Part shown: positions 9,849-19,941 of the stretch, piece by piece
How positions within the stretch are numbered: position 1 is the first letter of the stretch
Layout of the letters: each line of letters starts with the position of its first letter
Source: Actinomycetota bacterium
GTDB taxonomy: Bacteria; Actinomycetota; UBA4738; CALAEC01
Direction: 5' to 3'
Length of the DNA stretch: 44,322 nt
Assembly (NCBI GenBank): GCA_035697085.1
Contig: DASSDP010000063.1
Coordinates: 1-44,322, forward strand
Program-made: the position numbers and the translations under genes
The notes under the pieces: generated by a model
Databases searched by the model: none
The model's input: only the letters and a program-made list of their open reading frames with translations
What the model was told of the DNA's origin: nothing

Positions 9849-11030
9849 GTGACCGGTTCCGTCATCGTGGCGGGTGCGAGGACACCGATCGGCAAGTTCG
9901 GCGGCGGCTTTCGGGATGTTCCCGCCGTCGACCTCGGTGCGGCCGCGATACGCGAGGCGCTCTCCAGGTCGGGAATCGCCTCCGACCAGGTCGACTACGT
10001 GATCATGGGCCACGTGCTCCAGGCCGGAGCCGGACAAATCACCGCACGGCAGGCCGCCATCAAGGCCGGGATTCCCAAAGAGATCCCGGCGATCACCATC
10101 AACAAGGTCTGCCTCTCGGGGCTGAACGCCGTGGCCCTGGCTGATCAGCTGATCCGAGCCGGAGAGATCGAGATCGCCGTGGCGGGAGGCATGGAGTCCA
10201 TGAGCGGCGCTCCGTACCTCATCCCTGCGGCCCGATGGGGCGTGCGGCTGGGTGACGCAGAGCTTGTCGACTCCATGATCTACGACGGGCTGTGGTCGAC
10301 GTTCACCGAGAAGCAAATGGGCTACTCCTCCGACGAGATCAACGAGGAGCTCGGCATCGAACGACCGCAACAGGACGCGTGGGCGGCGAGGAGCCATCGT
10401 CGGGCGCACGAAGCATGGGAGAGCGGTCGGTTGGCAGACGAGACGGTGCCCGTCGAGGTGCCTCAGCGCAAGGGAGACCCTCTGATCGTGGACCGCGACG
10501 AAGGCATCCGACCCGAGAGCACCCCTGAGTCGCTTGCGAAGCTCCCTCCAGTGTTCCGCACCAACGGCACCATCACCGCGGGCAACGCGTCACAGATTTC
10601 GGACGGAGGCGCCGCCCTCGTCGTGATGAGCGGGGAGCGGGCCGAGGCGCTCGGGCTGGAGCCCCTGGCCGAGGTCGTGGCCCACGGTATGAGCGCGGAG
10701 CGGTATCCCTACCTCCACACGGTCCCAGCTCTGGCCATGGAGGCGGCGCTGAAGAAGGCGGGAATCTCCGCCTCCGACCTTGGGCTCGTGGAGATCAATG
10801 AAGCGTTCGCCGCGGTGTCGCTCCATTCCACCCGGATGCTGGGCCTCGACGAGGAGAATGTGAACGTCAACGGTGGCGCCGTGGCCCTGGGTCACCCGAT
10901 CGGCATGAGCGGCGCTCGTCTGGTGCTCACGCTCGCGTACGAGATGCGCCGCCGAGGCGTCAGGTACGGAGGCGCCACCCTGTGCGGTGGGGGCGGCCAG
11001 GGCGACGCCCTCATCATCCGCCGACCCTAG
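9849..11030 (+). CDS. Acetyl-CoA C-acetyltransferase (thiolase II)
   Basis: GTG start preceded by GGAGGGA. Contains TINKVCLSGLNAVALA (active-site Cys), NVNGGAVALGHPIGMSGARL and CGGGGQG. Confidence 0.92.
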   Translation: MTGSVIVAGARTPIGKFGGGFRDVPAVDLGAAAIREALSRSGIASDQVDYVIMGHVLQAGAGQITARQAAIKAGIPKEIPAITINKVCLSGLNAVALADQLIRAGEIEIAVAGGMESMSGAPYLIPAARWGVRLGDAELVDSMIYDGLWSTFTEKQMGYSSDEINEELGIERPQQDAWAARSHRRAHEAWESGRLADETVPVEVPQRKGDPLIVDRDEGIRPESTPESLAKLPPVFRTNGTITAGNASQISDGGAALVVMSGERAEALGLEPLAEVVAHGMSAERYPYLHTVPALAMEAALKKAGISASDLGLVEINEAFAAVSLHSTRMLGLDEENVNVNGGAVALGHPIGMSGARLVLTLAYEMRRRGVRYGGATLCGGGGQGDALIIRRP

Positions 11031-11041
11031 GTCGACGGGTC

Positions 11042-12202
11042 GTGACCGACGACGCCTTCGGCCTCTCCGAGGAGCTGGAGCAGTTCCGGAAGCTCGTCCG
11101 GGAGATCTGCGAGGAGAAGCTGGCGCCTCGAGCGCCCGAGATCGACGAACAGGACGAGTTCCCATGGGACGTGCACAAGCTCTTCGTCGAGAACGAGCTG
11201 ATGGCGGTGGGGTTTCCGGAGGAACACGGCGGCGCCGGCGGTGGGTCGATCACCATGGCCGTGATGATCGAGGAGATCGCACGTGTGTCGGCCAGCGCCT
11301 CCCTCATTCCGTTGGTGAATCGGCTCGGCGCGATCCCGGTGATGCTTGCCGGATCCGATCCACTCAAGACGGAGCTCCTCGGGACCATCTCCCGGGGTGA
11401 GCATCAGATGTCGTACGCGCTGACGGAGCCCGGTGCCGGGTCCGATGCGAGGTCCATGCGAACCAGCTACGAGCGCGATGGCGACGGGTTCCGCCTGCAG
11501 GGGACGAAGCGGTTCATCACCGGCGCGGGAGCCTCGGACCGGTACACGGTCTTCGCCACGCGAGACCCCGAGCTTCGAGCCAAGGGCGTCTCCGCCTTCG
11601 TGGTCCACTCCGACGACGACGGGTTCTCAGTGGGAAAGGCCGAGAAGAAGATGGGAATCCGCGGATCTCCCACCCGGGAGGTCTATCTGGACAACGTTCG
11701 GATCCCGGGGGACCGATTGATCGGCGATGAAGGGGAAGGCTTCACCTACGCGATGCGGACGCTCGACTACTCGCGTCCGACGATCGCCGCACAGGCGCTC
11801 GGCATCGCCCAGGGAGCCTTCGACGCGGCGGCCCGGTACGCGGCCGAACGGGAGCAGTTCGGGCAAAAGATCGCCGAGTTCCAGGGGCTACAGTTCATGC
11901 TGGCGGATATGGCAATGGAGATCGAGGCCTCCCGCCTGCTCACGTACAAGGCGGCGGCCCTGTGCGACGCACAGGATCCGCAGCTGACGTACTTTGCCTC
12001 GATCGCCAAGTGCCATGCGTCCGACACGGCGATGAAGGTCACCACCGACGCCGTGCAGATCCTGGGTGGGTACGGCTACATGCGTGAGTACGGCGTCGAG
12101 CGGATGATGCGGGACGCGAAGATCACCCAGATCTACGAGGGAACGAACCAGATCCAGCGAGTGGTGATCGCCAGACAGGTCATGCGGGCACTCGGGTCGT
12201 GA
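11042..12202 (+). CDS. Acyl-CoA dehydrogenase (short/medium-chain type)
   Basis: ORF 10982..12202 trimmed to the in-frame GTG at 11042, just after the thiolase stop. Contains YALTEPGAGSD, RDAKITQIYEGTNQIQR and QILGGYGY. Confidence 0.9.
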   Translation: MTDDAFGLSEELEQFRKLVREICEEKLAPRAPEIDEQDEFPWDVHKLFVENELMAVGFPEEHGGAGGGSITMAVMIEEIARVSASASLIPLVNRLGAIPVMLAGSDPLKTELLGTISRGEHQMSYALTEPGAGSDARSMRTSYERDGDGFRLQGTKRFITGAGASDRYTVFATRDPELRAKGVSAFVVHSDDDGFSVGKAEKKMGIRGSPTREVYLDNVRIPGDRLIGDEGEGFTYAMRTLDYSRPTIAAQALGIAQGAFDAAARYAAEREQFGQKIAEFQGLQFMLADMAMEIEASRLLTYKAAALCDAQDPQLTYFASIAKCHASDTAMKVTTDAVQILGGYGYMREYGVERMMRDAKITQIYEGTNQIQRVVIARQVMRALGS

Positions 12203-12729
12203 TCCGCGGGACGTCCGGCCCGGTCGATCTCAGCCCGAAGCCAGTGTCTGCCTCGCGGGTGACGCTTTCGATCCAGATGCAGGTAACCGACGCCAACATC
12301 GCCGGCAACGTGCACGGTGGAACCATCATGAAGCTCGTGGACAACGCGGCGGGACTGGCCGCAGCGAAGCACGCGGGTGGCTATGCGGTGACCGCGGTCA
12401 TGGACGAGATGTCCTTCCTGGAGCCGGTCTATCTCAGCGATGTGCTCACGCTGAAAGCCTCGGTGAACCAGGCATTCACCACGTCCATGGAAGTGGGCGT
12501 GCGAGTGGAGGCGGAGTCGTTCGTGACCGGGAAGACGACCCACACCTCGAGCGCGTACGTGGTGTTCGTGGCCATCGACGACAACGGCAAGCCCCGTCCG
12601 GTTCCTCCGCTCGTGGCGGAGACCGAGGAAGAGAAGCAGCGGCAGCGAGAGGCCGGGCTTCGCAGGGAGGCTCGGCTCGCGCGCAAACAGGCAATCGAGG
12701 GCGCTCGAGAGGCAACCGGGGAGGCGTGA
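12199..12729 (+). CDS. Acyl-CoA thioesterase (hotdog fold, YciA-like)
   Basis: GTGA overlap with the dehydrogenase stop. NIAGNVHGGTIMKLVDNAAGLAAAKH...SMEVGVRVEAE is typical of hotdog acyl-CoA hydrolases. Confidence 0.82.
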   Translation: MIRGTSGPVDLSPKPVSASRVTLSIQMQVTDANIAGNVHGGTIMKLVDNAAGLAAAKHAGGYAVTAVMDEMSFLEPVYLSDVLTLKASVNQAFTTSMEVGVRVEAESFVTGKTTHTSSAYVVFVAIDDNGKPRPVPPLVAETEEEKQRQREAGLRREARLARKQAIEGAREATGEA

Positions 12730-12749
12730 GCCCCGGTAGGGGTCTCCGC

Positions 12750-14687
12750 TCAACCGACGCTTGCCTGGATCTTCTCGATGGCGCTCGGGTTTTCCAGGCT
12801 CGAAAGATCGCCGGGATCCTCGCCCAGCGCCGTGGCCCGGATGGCCCGGCGAAGGATCTTCGCCGAGCGCGTCTTGGGGAGCTCGTCCACGAACAGGATC
12901 CGGTCCGGCTTGAACGCCTTGCCCAAGTGCTCGGCCACGACACCCTTCAACGCCTGGACGAGGCCCTCGTCGGTTTCGTATCCGGGCTTCGTCACCACGA
13001 AGCACCAGATGGCCTCTCCCTTGACCTCGTGGGGCACCCCGACCGCCGCGGACTCCGCTACCGCGGGATGCTCCGTGAGCGCGGACTCGACCTCGGCAGG
13101 TCCCACGCGCTTCCCGGCGATGTTCATGGTGTCGTCGGAGCGACCGTGGAGGAACCAGAAGCCGTCGTCGTCCACGGTAGCCCAGTCCCCGTGGACCCAG
13201 ACATCCGGCCACCGGGACCAGTAGGTCTCCAGGTAGCGCTGGGGGTCTCGCCACACGCCGCGTGTCATCGAGGGCCACGGCTTGGTGCACACGAGCTCGC
13301 CGACCTCCCCGGCCGGTACCGTCTTCCCGTCCGGTCCCCACACGTCGACGGCCATCCCCAGCGCCGGGCCGCGCAGCGTGCACGACTTCAGCTCCGTGAT
13401 CGGATGCGGCGAGAGGAAGCACGCACCCACCTCGGTGCCACCGGACAGATTGATGATGGGGCACCGACCTCCGCCGACCTTTTCGAAGAACCACATATAG
13501 GGTTCCGGGTTCCACGGTTCACCGGTCGAGCCGAGAACTCGCAGGGACGACAGGTCGTGCTTCTCCACCCATTCGTCGCCGGCGGGGATCAGCGCCCGGA
13601 TCAGCGTGGGGGAGATGCCGAGCGTGGAGATCTCGTGTCGCTCGATCATGTCCCACACTCGATCCGGCTCAGGGTAATTGGGAGCACCCTCGAAGAGGAA
13701 GACGGTGGAGCCCAGGGCGCCGGCGCCGACGATCTCCCACGGTCCCATGATCCAGCCGAGGTCGGTCACCCAGAAAAGGGTTTCGTCCGGGTGGAGATCA
13801 ACCTGATACGCGACCTCCTCGGCGATCTTGACCGTGAACCCGCCGTGCACATGGACAGAGCCCTTGGGTCGTCCCGTGGTGCCGCTGGTGTAGGCGACGA
13901 ACAGAGGATGCTCCGCGTCGAGCTCCAATGTGTCGAACCGGGAAGGCTGCGCTGCCAGAAGCTCGTCCCACCGGACGTCCCGGCGGGAGTACGGGGCGTC
14001 GTCCCGAAGAAGCCGTGGCCACACGACGACTCGTTCGACGCTCGGTGAGGCGTCCGCGGCGGCGTCGGCCGTCTCCTTCATGGGGACCGGAGACCCGCGG
14101 CGGAGGAACCCGTCTGCCGTGATCAGCACCTTCGCATCCGCGTCGGCGAGCCGGGTGGCCACAGCATCCGCGGCGTACCCGGAAAAGATCGGGAGGTAGA
14201 TGGCCCCGATCTTGGCGCAGGCGAGGGTGGCGGCGACGATCTCCGGAGCCATCGGCATGAAGATGCCCACGGCATCGCCTTCGCCGACGCCCAGCGAACG
14301 CAGTCCACCGGCCAGCCGGTCCGCCATCTCCCGAAGCTCCCGGTAGCTGAGCCGACGGACCTCTCCGTCCTCTCCTTCCCACACCACGGCAACGGCGTCG
14401 GGCGTTCTTTCGGCCCACTTGTCCACGCAGTTGTGCGCCAGGTTCGTGGTCCCGCCCACGAACCACGTGGTCCACGGGATCCCCTTGGAGGTGTCCATGA
14501 CCTGCTCGTACGGCTTGAAGAACTCGATCCCCAGGTCCTGGATCACGGCGTCCCAGAACCACTCCGCCTCCCCCTTCGACCGCCGGACCAGTTCCTCGTA
14601 CGAACCGATGCCGTGAGCCCGCATGAGGCGGGTCACGTTGGCCCGCTCCATGTACTCGTCGGTGGGTCGCCAGACGATGCCGCTCAT
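12750..14687 (-). CDS. AMP-forming acyl-CoA synthetase (acetate/short-chain acid--CoA ligase family)
   Basis: ORF 12750..15218 trimmed to Met178 (cat at 14685-14687, MSGIVWRPTDEY...). AMP-binding motif YTSGTTGRPKG, plus GWIMGP and LPKTRSAKILRR. Confidence 0.88.
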   Translation of the reverse strand: MSGIVWRPTDEYMERANVTRLMRAHGIGSYEELVRRSKGEAEWFWDAVIQDLGIEFFKPYEQVMDTSKGIPWTTWFVGGTTNLAHNCVDKWAERTPDAVAVVWEGEDGEVRRLSYRELREMADRLAGGLRSLGVGEGDAVGIFMPMAPEIVAATLACAKIGAIYLPIFSGYAADAVATRLADADAKVLITADGFLRRGSPVPMKETADAAADASPSVERVVVWPRLLRDDAPYSRRDVRWDELLAAQPSRFDTLELDAEHPLFVAYTSGTTGRPKGSVHVHGGFTVKIAEEVAYQVDLHPDETLFWVTDLGWIMGPWEIVGAGALGSTVFLFEGAPNYPEPDRVWDMIERHEISTLGISPTLIRALIPAGDEWVEKHDLSSLRVLGSTGEPWNPEPYMWFFEKVGGGRCPIINLSGGTEVGACFLSPHPITELKSCTLRGPALGMAVDVWGPDGKTVPAGEVGELVCTKPWPSMTRGVWRDPQRYLETYWSRWPDVWVHGDWATVDDDGFWFLHGRSDDTMNIAGKRVGPAEVESALTEHPAVAESAAVGVPHEVKGEAIWCFVVTKPGYETDEGLVQALKGVVAEHLGKAFKPDRILFVDELPKTRSAKILRRAIRATALGEDPGDLSSLENPSAIEKIQASVG

Positions 14688-14744
14688 CTCGTGCCCCTTG
14701 GATTCGGACGGAGGATGGCCCTGGAAGGTACCCTTGCCCTGGTC

Positions 14745-16055
14745 ATGGCCAAGCCTACCCCCACTCGCACGCGGGCCTCCAGGGCACCCCGCGCCCTCCT
14801 TGCCGGGGTGTCGGTGCTGTCTGCGCTGGTGGCGATCGCGGCTGTGGGGGCTGTCGTGTACATCCGGTACGTGGCGGGCGGGCTGAATCAGAGGGATGTG
14901 GAGGGTCTCGCAGCGACGTTTGGCGAGAATCCGGTGAACGTGATCGTGCTCGGCAGCGACACGCGAGAAGGTTTGACGCCGCAAGAGCAGGAGGCCCACG
15001 GAACCACCGAGGACGTCGGGGGGAAGCGCTCCGACACGCTCATCCTGGTCCACCTGGATCCCCGGAGAGAGAAGGCCGTCCTCGTCCACTTCCCCCGGGA
15101 CCTCCGGGTCGAGATACCCGGCCGGGGGATGGACAAGATCAACACCGCCTACAACGTTGGGGGCCCGAACCTCGTTGTGAAGACGGTGAAACGGTTCACG
15201 GGCCTTCCCATCCACCACTACGTCGAGGTGAACTTCGTGGGATTTCGGGAAGTCGTCGACTCCCTCGGGGGCGTGAGGATGTGCGTCGATCGCCCGCTGA
15301 TCGACCCGCTTGCGAGACTCAGAATCCCGAGAGCGGGCTGCTCCACGTTCGACGGCCAGAGGGCCCTGGCCTTCGTTCGGGCCCGGAATGTGGAGGGGGA
15401 CGCCATCCCGGACTTCTCCCGGATCGCGCGCCAGCAGCAGTTCATTCGGGCCCTGCTGAACAAGCTCCTCCGCGTGGGCACGCTGGTGAATCCGGGTGTG
15501 GTTCGAAACGTTGCCGAGAACGTGACCACCGACGCCACGCTCGAGACCACGGAGTTGCTCGCCTTGGGGAACGAGCTTCGGAGCCTGGCGGCGACCGGAC
15601 CCGGCGGAGCAACAGGGGTTGACTTCCGTACGGTCCCCTCAGCTCCACAGGAGCTCGGGGGAACGGCGTTCGTCGTCGCCGACGAGACGAAATCGCAGAG
15701 GCTGTTCGAGCGGCTGCGGTTGGGAGAGCCGCTCGGGTCACTGGGTAAGTTTCAGGTCGGTACGGCGGCGTCCCCGGCAACCATCAAGGTGGTCGTGCTC
15801 GACGCCGGTGGCGGAGAGAGAGCGGAGCAGGTACAGGCGGCGCTTGATCGGGCCGGATTCATCATGCTCGACGGCAGGGACGCTCCCCCGGACCTTCGCA
15901 GCAGCGAAGTTCTTTTCAAGAGTGGCAGTGACGGGCTGGCCGACGTTGTAAAGGCGTTCTTCCCCAACCTCGACGTGCGCCCAGCCCCCAAGGGGATCCT
16001 CCGGGGCGCCGCGGTCGCCGTCCTCGTCGGAGACGACTTTCCGGCGGCGCCATGA
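14745..16055 (+). CDS. LytR-CpsA-Psr (LCP) family cell-wall glycopolymer ligase with LytR_C-like C-terminus
   Basis: ORF 14433..16055 trimmed to ATG 14745 (MAKPTPTR... then a TM segment). Contains NVIVLGSDTREG, RSDTLILVHLDP, DKINTAY and FDGQRALAFVRAR. Confidence 0.88.
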   Translation: MAKPTPTRTRASRAPRALLAGVSVLSALVAIAAVGAVVYIRYVAGGLNQRDVEGLAATFGENPVNVIVLGSDTREGLTPQEQEAHGTTEDVGGKRSDTLILVHLDPRREKAVLVHFPRDLRVEIPGRGMDKINTAYNVGGPNLVVKTVKRFTGLPIHHYVEVNFVGFREVVDSLGGVRMCVDRPLIDPLARLRIPRAGCSTFDGQRALAFVRARNVEGDAIPDFSRIARQQQFIRALLNKLLRVGTLVNPGVVRNVAENVTTDATLETTELLALGNELRSLAATGPGGATGVDFRTVPSAPQELGGTAFVVADETKSQRLFERLRLGEPLGSLGKFQVGTAASPATIKVVVLDAGGGERAEQVQAALDRAGFIMLDGRDAPPDLRSSEVLFKSGSDGLADVVKAFFPNLDVRPAPKGILRGAAVAVLVGDDFPAAP

Positions 16056-16897
16056 GGGTCGCCGTCACCGGTGCGGGGGGTGGACTTGGGCAGGCGTTGG
16101 CGGCCACGGCCGGGGAGGATCACGAGCTGATCCTCTTCGCGCATGGAGAACTGGCCGTCGAGGATCTCCCCGCCGTGATGGATCGCCTGGTTCCGGCGCG
16201 GCCGGAGGTGATCATCCATGCGGCCGCGATGACGTCGGTCGATGGTTGCGAGGTGGACCCACGGGGAGCGTTCCTGGCGAATACGCTCGGGACGCGAAAC
16301 GTGGCTCAGGCCGCCGCGCGAGCCGGGGCCGTCCTCGTGTACATCTCCACGGACTACGTGTTCGACGGCGAGAAGGGCGAGCCGTACCACGAGTTCGACG
16401 CGCCCAATCCGATCTCCGTCTACGGTGCCAGCAAGCTGGCCGGGGAGCGTGAGGCTCGCACCATGTCGCCCGAGCATCTCGTGGTTCGCACGTCCTGGGT
16501 GTTCGGCGGAGAAAAGGACTTCCTGACCGGCGCGCTGGGCCGCCTGGCAGCCGGCGAGAGCGTTCCGGCCATCGTCGACCTTGTCGGGACGCCGACGTAC
16601 GTGCCACACCTGGCGGAGCGCCTCATCCCCCTCGTGCGCTCCGGACACCGAGGCGTGGTTCATCTCGGAGGTCCGGAGGTCACGACGTGGCACGATGTTC
16701 TCGTCCGAGCAGTGGACCTGGCCGCACTTCCCGGCGAGGTCGCCGAGCAGAAAGCCGATGAGCTGGAGCGGCCGGCCAGGCGCCCGGCGAACTCGGCGCT
16801 CGCCAGCCTGGTGCTGCCGATCCCCGATGTGCGACCGATGCCTCCGCTGGAGGAGGCCCTTAACGAGCTGATGGAGACCGTCCGTGGCCGACGCTGA
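16052..16897 (+). CDS. rmlD: dTDP-4-dehydrorhamnose reductase
   Basis: MRVAVTGAGGGLGQAL Rossmann start, ISTDYVFDG and YGASKLAGE (Y-x3-K). 4-nt overlap with the LCP gene. Confidence 0.88.
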   Translation: MRVAVTGAGGGLGQALAATAGEDHELILFAHGELAVEDLPAVMDRLVPARPEVIIHAAAMTSVDGCEVDPRGAFLANTLGTRNVAQAAARAGAVLVYISTDYVFDGEKGEPYHEFDAPNPISVYGASKLAGEREARTMSPEHLVVRTSWVFGGEKDFLTGALGRLAAGESVPAIVDLVGTPTYVPHLAERLIPLVRSGHRGVVHLGGPEVTTWHDVLVRAVDLAALPGEVAEQKADELERPARRPANSALASLVLPIPDVRPMPPLEEALNELMETVRGRR

Positions 16898-17765
16898 AAT
16901 TCTGGTCAGGACCAGCGAGCCACCCCGCATGCGGGTGAAGGAGCGGTTCCGGGAGCTGTTCGTGCACCGGGAGGTGCTCGTGAACCTGACGCGCAAGGAG
17001 CTGAAGGTCAAGTACAAGTCCTCGGTGCTGGGGATCCTGTGGTCGATGCTGAACCCGCTGATGTACCTGGTGGTCTTCTTCCTGGTGTTCAAGCTCTTCC
17101 TGAAGAGCCAGATCCCCGATTTCCACATCTATCTCCTTTCGGGTCTGCTGGCGTGGACGTTCTTCTCCACCGCCGTTCAGGGAGCCACGACCTCCGTTGT
17201 GGGGAACAGCCCCTTGGTCACAAAGGTGGCGTTTCCTCGGGAGATCCTGCCGCTGTCGGCCATCGGTTCGTCGATGGTCAACTTCTTCTTCCAGTTCATC
17301 GTGCTGATCGCGGTGATGGTCGCGTTCACGTACGCGCTCTCGGGGCCCGCCGTCCTGCTGCTGCCTCTGGCGCTCGCGGTCCTGATGATCTTCTCGGTCG
17401 CCGTGGGGTTCGCGACGTCCGCGCTGAACGTCCGGTACCGGGACACCACCCACCTGGTCGAGTTGGGGCTGCTGGCATGGTTCTGGCTGACACCGGTGAT
17501 CTACCCGGCACTCCTGGTGCTCGAGCAGGGAGCGACCACCTGGCGCCTCTATCAACTGAATCCAATGGTGACCATCACGCTCGGCTTCCAGCGGGCGCTG
17601 TACGGGCTTCGTCGGCTGCCGGACGGCAGGAGCGTCCTCCCCGACCCGGGGATCTCCTGGTACGGGATCCGGCTGGGGCTGGTGGGACTCGCTGCGGTGG
17701 TGCTCCTGTACGCGACGTGGCGCCTGTTCTATCGGCGGTCCGGTGACTTCGCGGAGGAGCTGTGA
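16884..17765 (+). CDS. ABC-2 type polysaccharide/teichoic-acid export permease (Wzm/TagG-like)
   Basis: GTG start. KELKVKYKSSVLGILWSMLNPLM signature and six hydrophobic segments. Confidence 0.88.
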   Translation: MADAEILVRTSEPPRMRVKERFRELFVHREVLVNLTRKELKVKYKSSVLGILWSMLNPLMYLVVFFLVFKLFLKSQIPDFHIYLLSGLLAWTFFSTAVQGATTSVVGNSPLVTKVAFPREILPLSAIGSSMVNFFFQFIVLIAVMVAFTYALSGPAVLLLPLALAVLMIFSVAVGFATSALNVRYRDTTHLVELGLLAWFWLTPVIYPALLVLEQGATTWRLYQLNPMVTITLGFQRALYGLRRLPDGRSVLPDPGISWYGIRLGLVGLAAVVLLYATWRLFYRRSGDFAEEL

Positions 17766-18946
17766 GCGAGCTCTCCGTCTCCGTCGAGTCGGTGGGCAAG
17801 CGATTCCGCCTGTATCACGAGCGCCCGTCCAGTCTCAAGGAGCGGCTGCTCAGGATGCGGCACAGCAGGGCCGTGGACTTCTGGGCGCTCCGTGACATCT
17901 CCTACGAGATCCCGGAGGGAACCACGGTCGGCTTGGTCGGCGCGAACGGCTCCGGAAAGACGACGCTCTTGAAGATCATCGGGGGCATCCTTCGCCCGAC
18001 CACGGGTCGGGTCATGACCCGAGGTCGCATCGCGGCATTGCTCGAGCTCGGCGCGGGCTTCCACCCCGAGCTTACGGGTCGGGAGAACGTGTACCTGAAC
18101 GCCTCCATCCTCGGACTCTCCAGGAAGGACACGGATCGACAGTTCGACGACATCGTGGCGTTCTCGGAGCTCGAGGAGTTCATCGACAACCAGGTGAAGT
18201 TCTACTCTTCGGGGATGTTCATGAGGCTCGGCTTCGCCGTTGCCGTGCACGTGGATCCGGGCATCCTGCTGATCGATGAGGTCCTCGCCGTGGGAGACGA
18301 GGGGTTCCAGCGGAAGTGCATCGACCGGGTCCGGGAGTTCCAGAGGGAGGGGCGGACCATCGTGCTGGTGACGCACGCTGTCGACCGGGTTCGCCAGATC
18401 TGCGACCGGGCAATCATGCTCGAGCGAGGCCGCGTCCGCGCCTCAGGGGACGTCGGCGACGTCGTCAGGGAATTCCGCCTGGCCATGCTCCAGCAGCACG
18501 CAGGCCTCGATCGAGTGGACGTGACGAGGGACGCTGAGATCACGGGGGTGGAGTTGCTGGACGTGAACGGCGGGCCCGCATCATTGGTGACGCCGGGGGC
18601 CTCGATTCACGTTCAGGTGGAGATCCGCATCAACCGGCCGGTGAGCGATCCGGTCGTGGTGATCAACATCCACGACACGGGAGATCAGTTCATCTACGGA
18701 ACCACGACCCAGCATCACGGCATCCGCTTGGTCGATACCGAGGGAGGCAAGCAGCGGGTGACGTTCGATCTCCACTCACTCCCTTTGGTGGAGGGGCGGT
18801 ACTTCGTGTCCGTGGGGGTCCGCCCCGGCGACCTGTCGCAGATGTACGACTGGCACGATCAGCAGTACCCGTTCGATATCGCCCCAAGCTCGGAGGAAGA
18901 GGGGCGCCTGTTCATTCCGACCGAGGTCAGAGTGGAGCCGCTGTGA
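17762..18946 (+). CDS. ABC exporter ATP-binding protein (Wzt/TagH-like) with C-terminal substrate-binding-type domain
   Basis: GANGSGKTTLLK, SSGMFMRLGFAVA and LLIDEVLAVGD, plus about 150 aa of extra beta-rich C-terminus as in Wzt. Confidence 0.9.
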   Translation: MSELSVSVESVGKRFRLYHERPSSLKERLLRMRHSRAVDFWALRDISYEIPEGTTVGLVGANGSGKTTLLKIIGGILRPTTGRVMTRGRIAALLELGAGFHPELTGRENVYLNASILGLSRKDTDRQFDDIVAFSELEEFIDNQVKFYSSGMFMRLGFAVAVHVDPGILLIDEVLAVGDEGFQRKCIDRVREFQREGRTIVLVTHAVDRVRQICDRAIMLERGRVRASGDVGDVVREFRLAMLQQHAGLDRVDVTRDAEITGVELLDVNGGPASLVTPGASIHVQVEIRINRPVSDPVVVINIHDTGDQFIYGTTTQHHGIRLVDTEGGKQRVTFDLHSLPLVEGRYFVSVGVRPGDLSQMYDWHDQQYPFDIAPSSEEEGRLFIPTEVRVEPL

Positions 18947-19941
18947 GCAGCATCCTGGTCGTTTCCTCGTACCCACCCCGACACTGTGGAATCGGCGCCT
19001 ATGCCAGGGCTCAGGTCGAACGCCTCCGCGCGGAGGGACATCGAGTCACGGTACTCTCGCCGAGGGACGGAGACGGCGACGTGCGAACCGGTTTCTTCGG
19101 TGGGCGTCCCTTTCTCGCGGCCGCTCGAAGGGGTCGCCGATACGACCGGATCGTGGTGCACTTTCAGCCGGCGCTCTACTATCGGCCGCGGGCACCCGTA
19201 TCCAAGGTACTCACATCACTGGCCCTGCTGGGGCTGGTGCTTCGGCGCAGGCAGACAGAGATCGTGGTGCACGAAGCCGACCGGCCCAAACTGTGGCGCC
19301 CCGACTACCTCCTGCTGGCGGCGGCGTTTCGGGCCGCCCCGAAAGTTCTGTTCCACACCGATGAGGAACGGAAAGCTCTGGAGCGACGGTATCGCGTTCC
19401 GGTCCGGGGCCGGCTCATCAGCCATACCGATGGCGTCCGGGTCCAGGCTCCGGCCGATCGGACCGCCGCCCGCCGGCGGCTCGGTATCCCAGCAGACGAA
19501 GCAACGCTGGTATCCCCGGGCTTCCTCCACCCGGGCAAGGGGTTCGACCGGGCGGTGGTTTCGTTCCGGGACGCGGGCGCGGGGGGACGCCTGTACATCG
19601 TGGGGTCGGTGAAGGATCCCATCCCGACGAACATGGCGCACGCCCGGCTCCTCAGGGAGATGGCAAGGGACGTCCCCGGAGTTCAGCTCATCGAACGATT
19701 CGTCGACGACGAGGAATTCGACGCGTGGATCGCCGCGGCGGACGCCGTGATCTTGCCGTACCGACGGTCGTGGTCGTCCGGAGTTCTGGCCCGAGCACAG
19801 GCCGTGGGAACGCCAGCGGTGGTGACGAAGGTGGGGGGCCTGGCCGAACAGGCCTCCTCTCGCGACGTGGTCGTCTCGGGAGACGAGGAGCTGACCAAGG
19901 CGATCGCCGACGCTGTGAGCAGGCGAGAGGCGGTCCCGTGA
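18943..19941 (+). CDS. Glycosyltransferase family 4-like
   Basis: MSSILVVSSYPPRHCGIGAYA... N-terminus and C-terminal PYRRSWSSGVLARAQAVGTPAVV. Coupled to the ABC ATPase gene by a GTGA overlap. Confidence 0.78.
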   Translation: MSSILVVSSYPPRHCGIGAYARAQVERLRAEGHRVTVLSPRDGDGDVRTGFFGGRPFLAAARRGRRYDRIVVHFQPALYYRPRAPVSKVLTSLALLGLVLRRRQTEIVVHEADRPKLWRPDYLLLAAAFRAAPKVLFHTDEERKALERRYRVPVRGRLISHTDGVRVQAPADRTAARRRLGIPADEATLVSPGFLHPGKGFDRAVVSFRDAGAGGRLYIVGSVKDPIPTNMAHARLLREMARDVPGVQLIERFVDDEEFDAWIAAADAVILPYRRSWSSGVLARAQAVGTPAVVTKVGGLAEQASSRDVVVSGDEELTKAIADAVSRREAVP

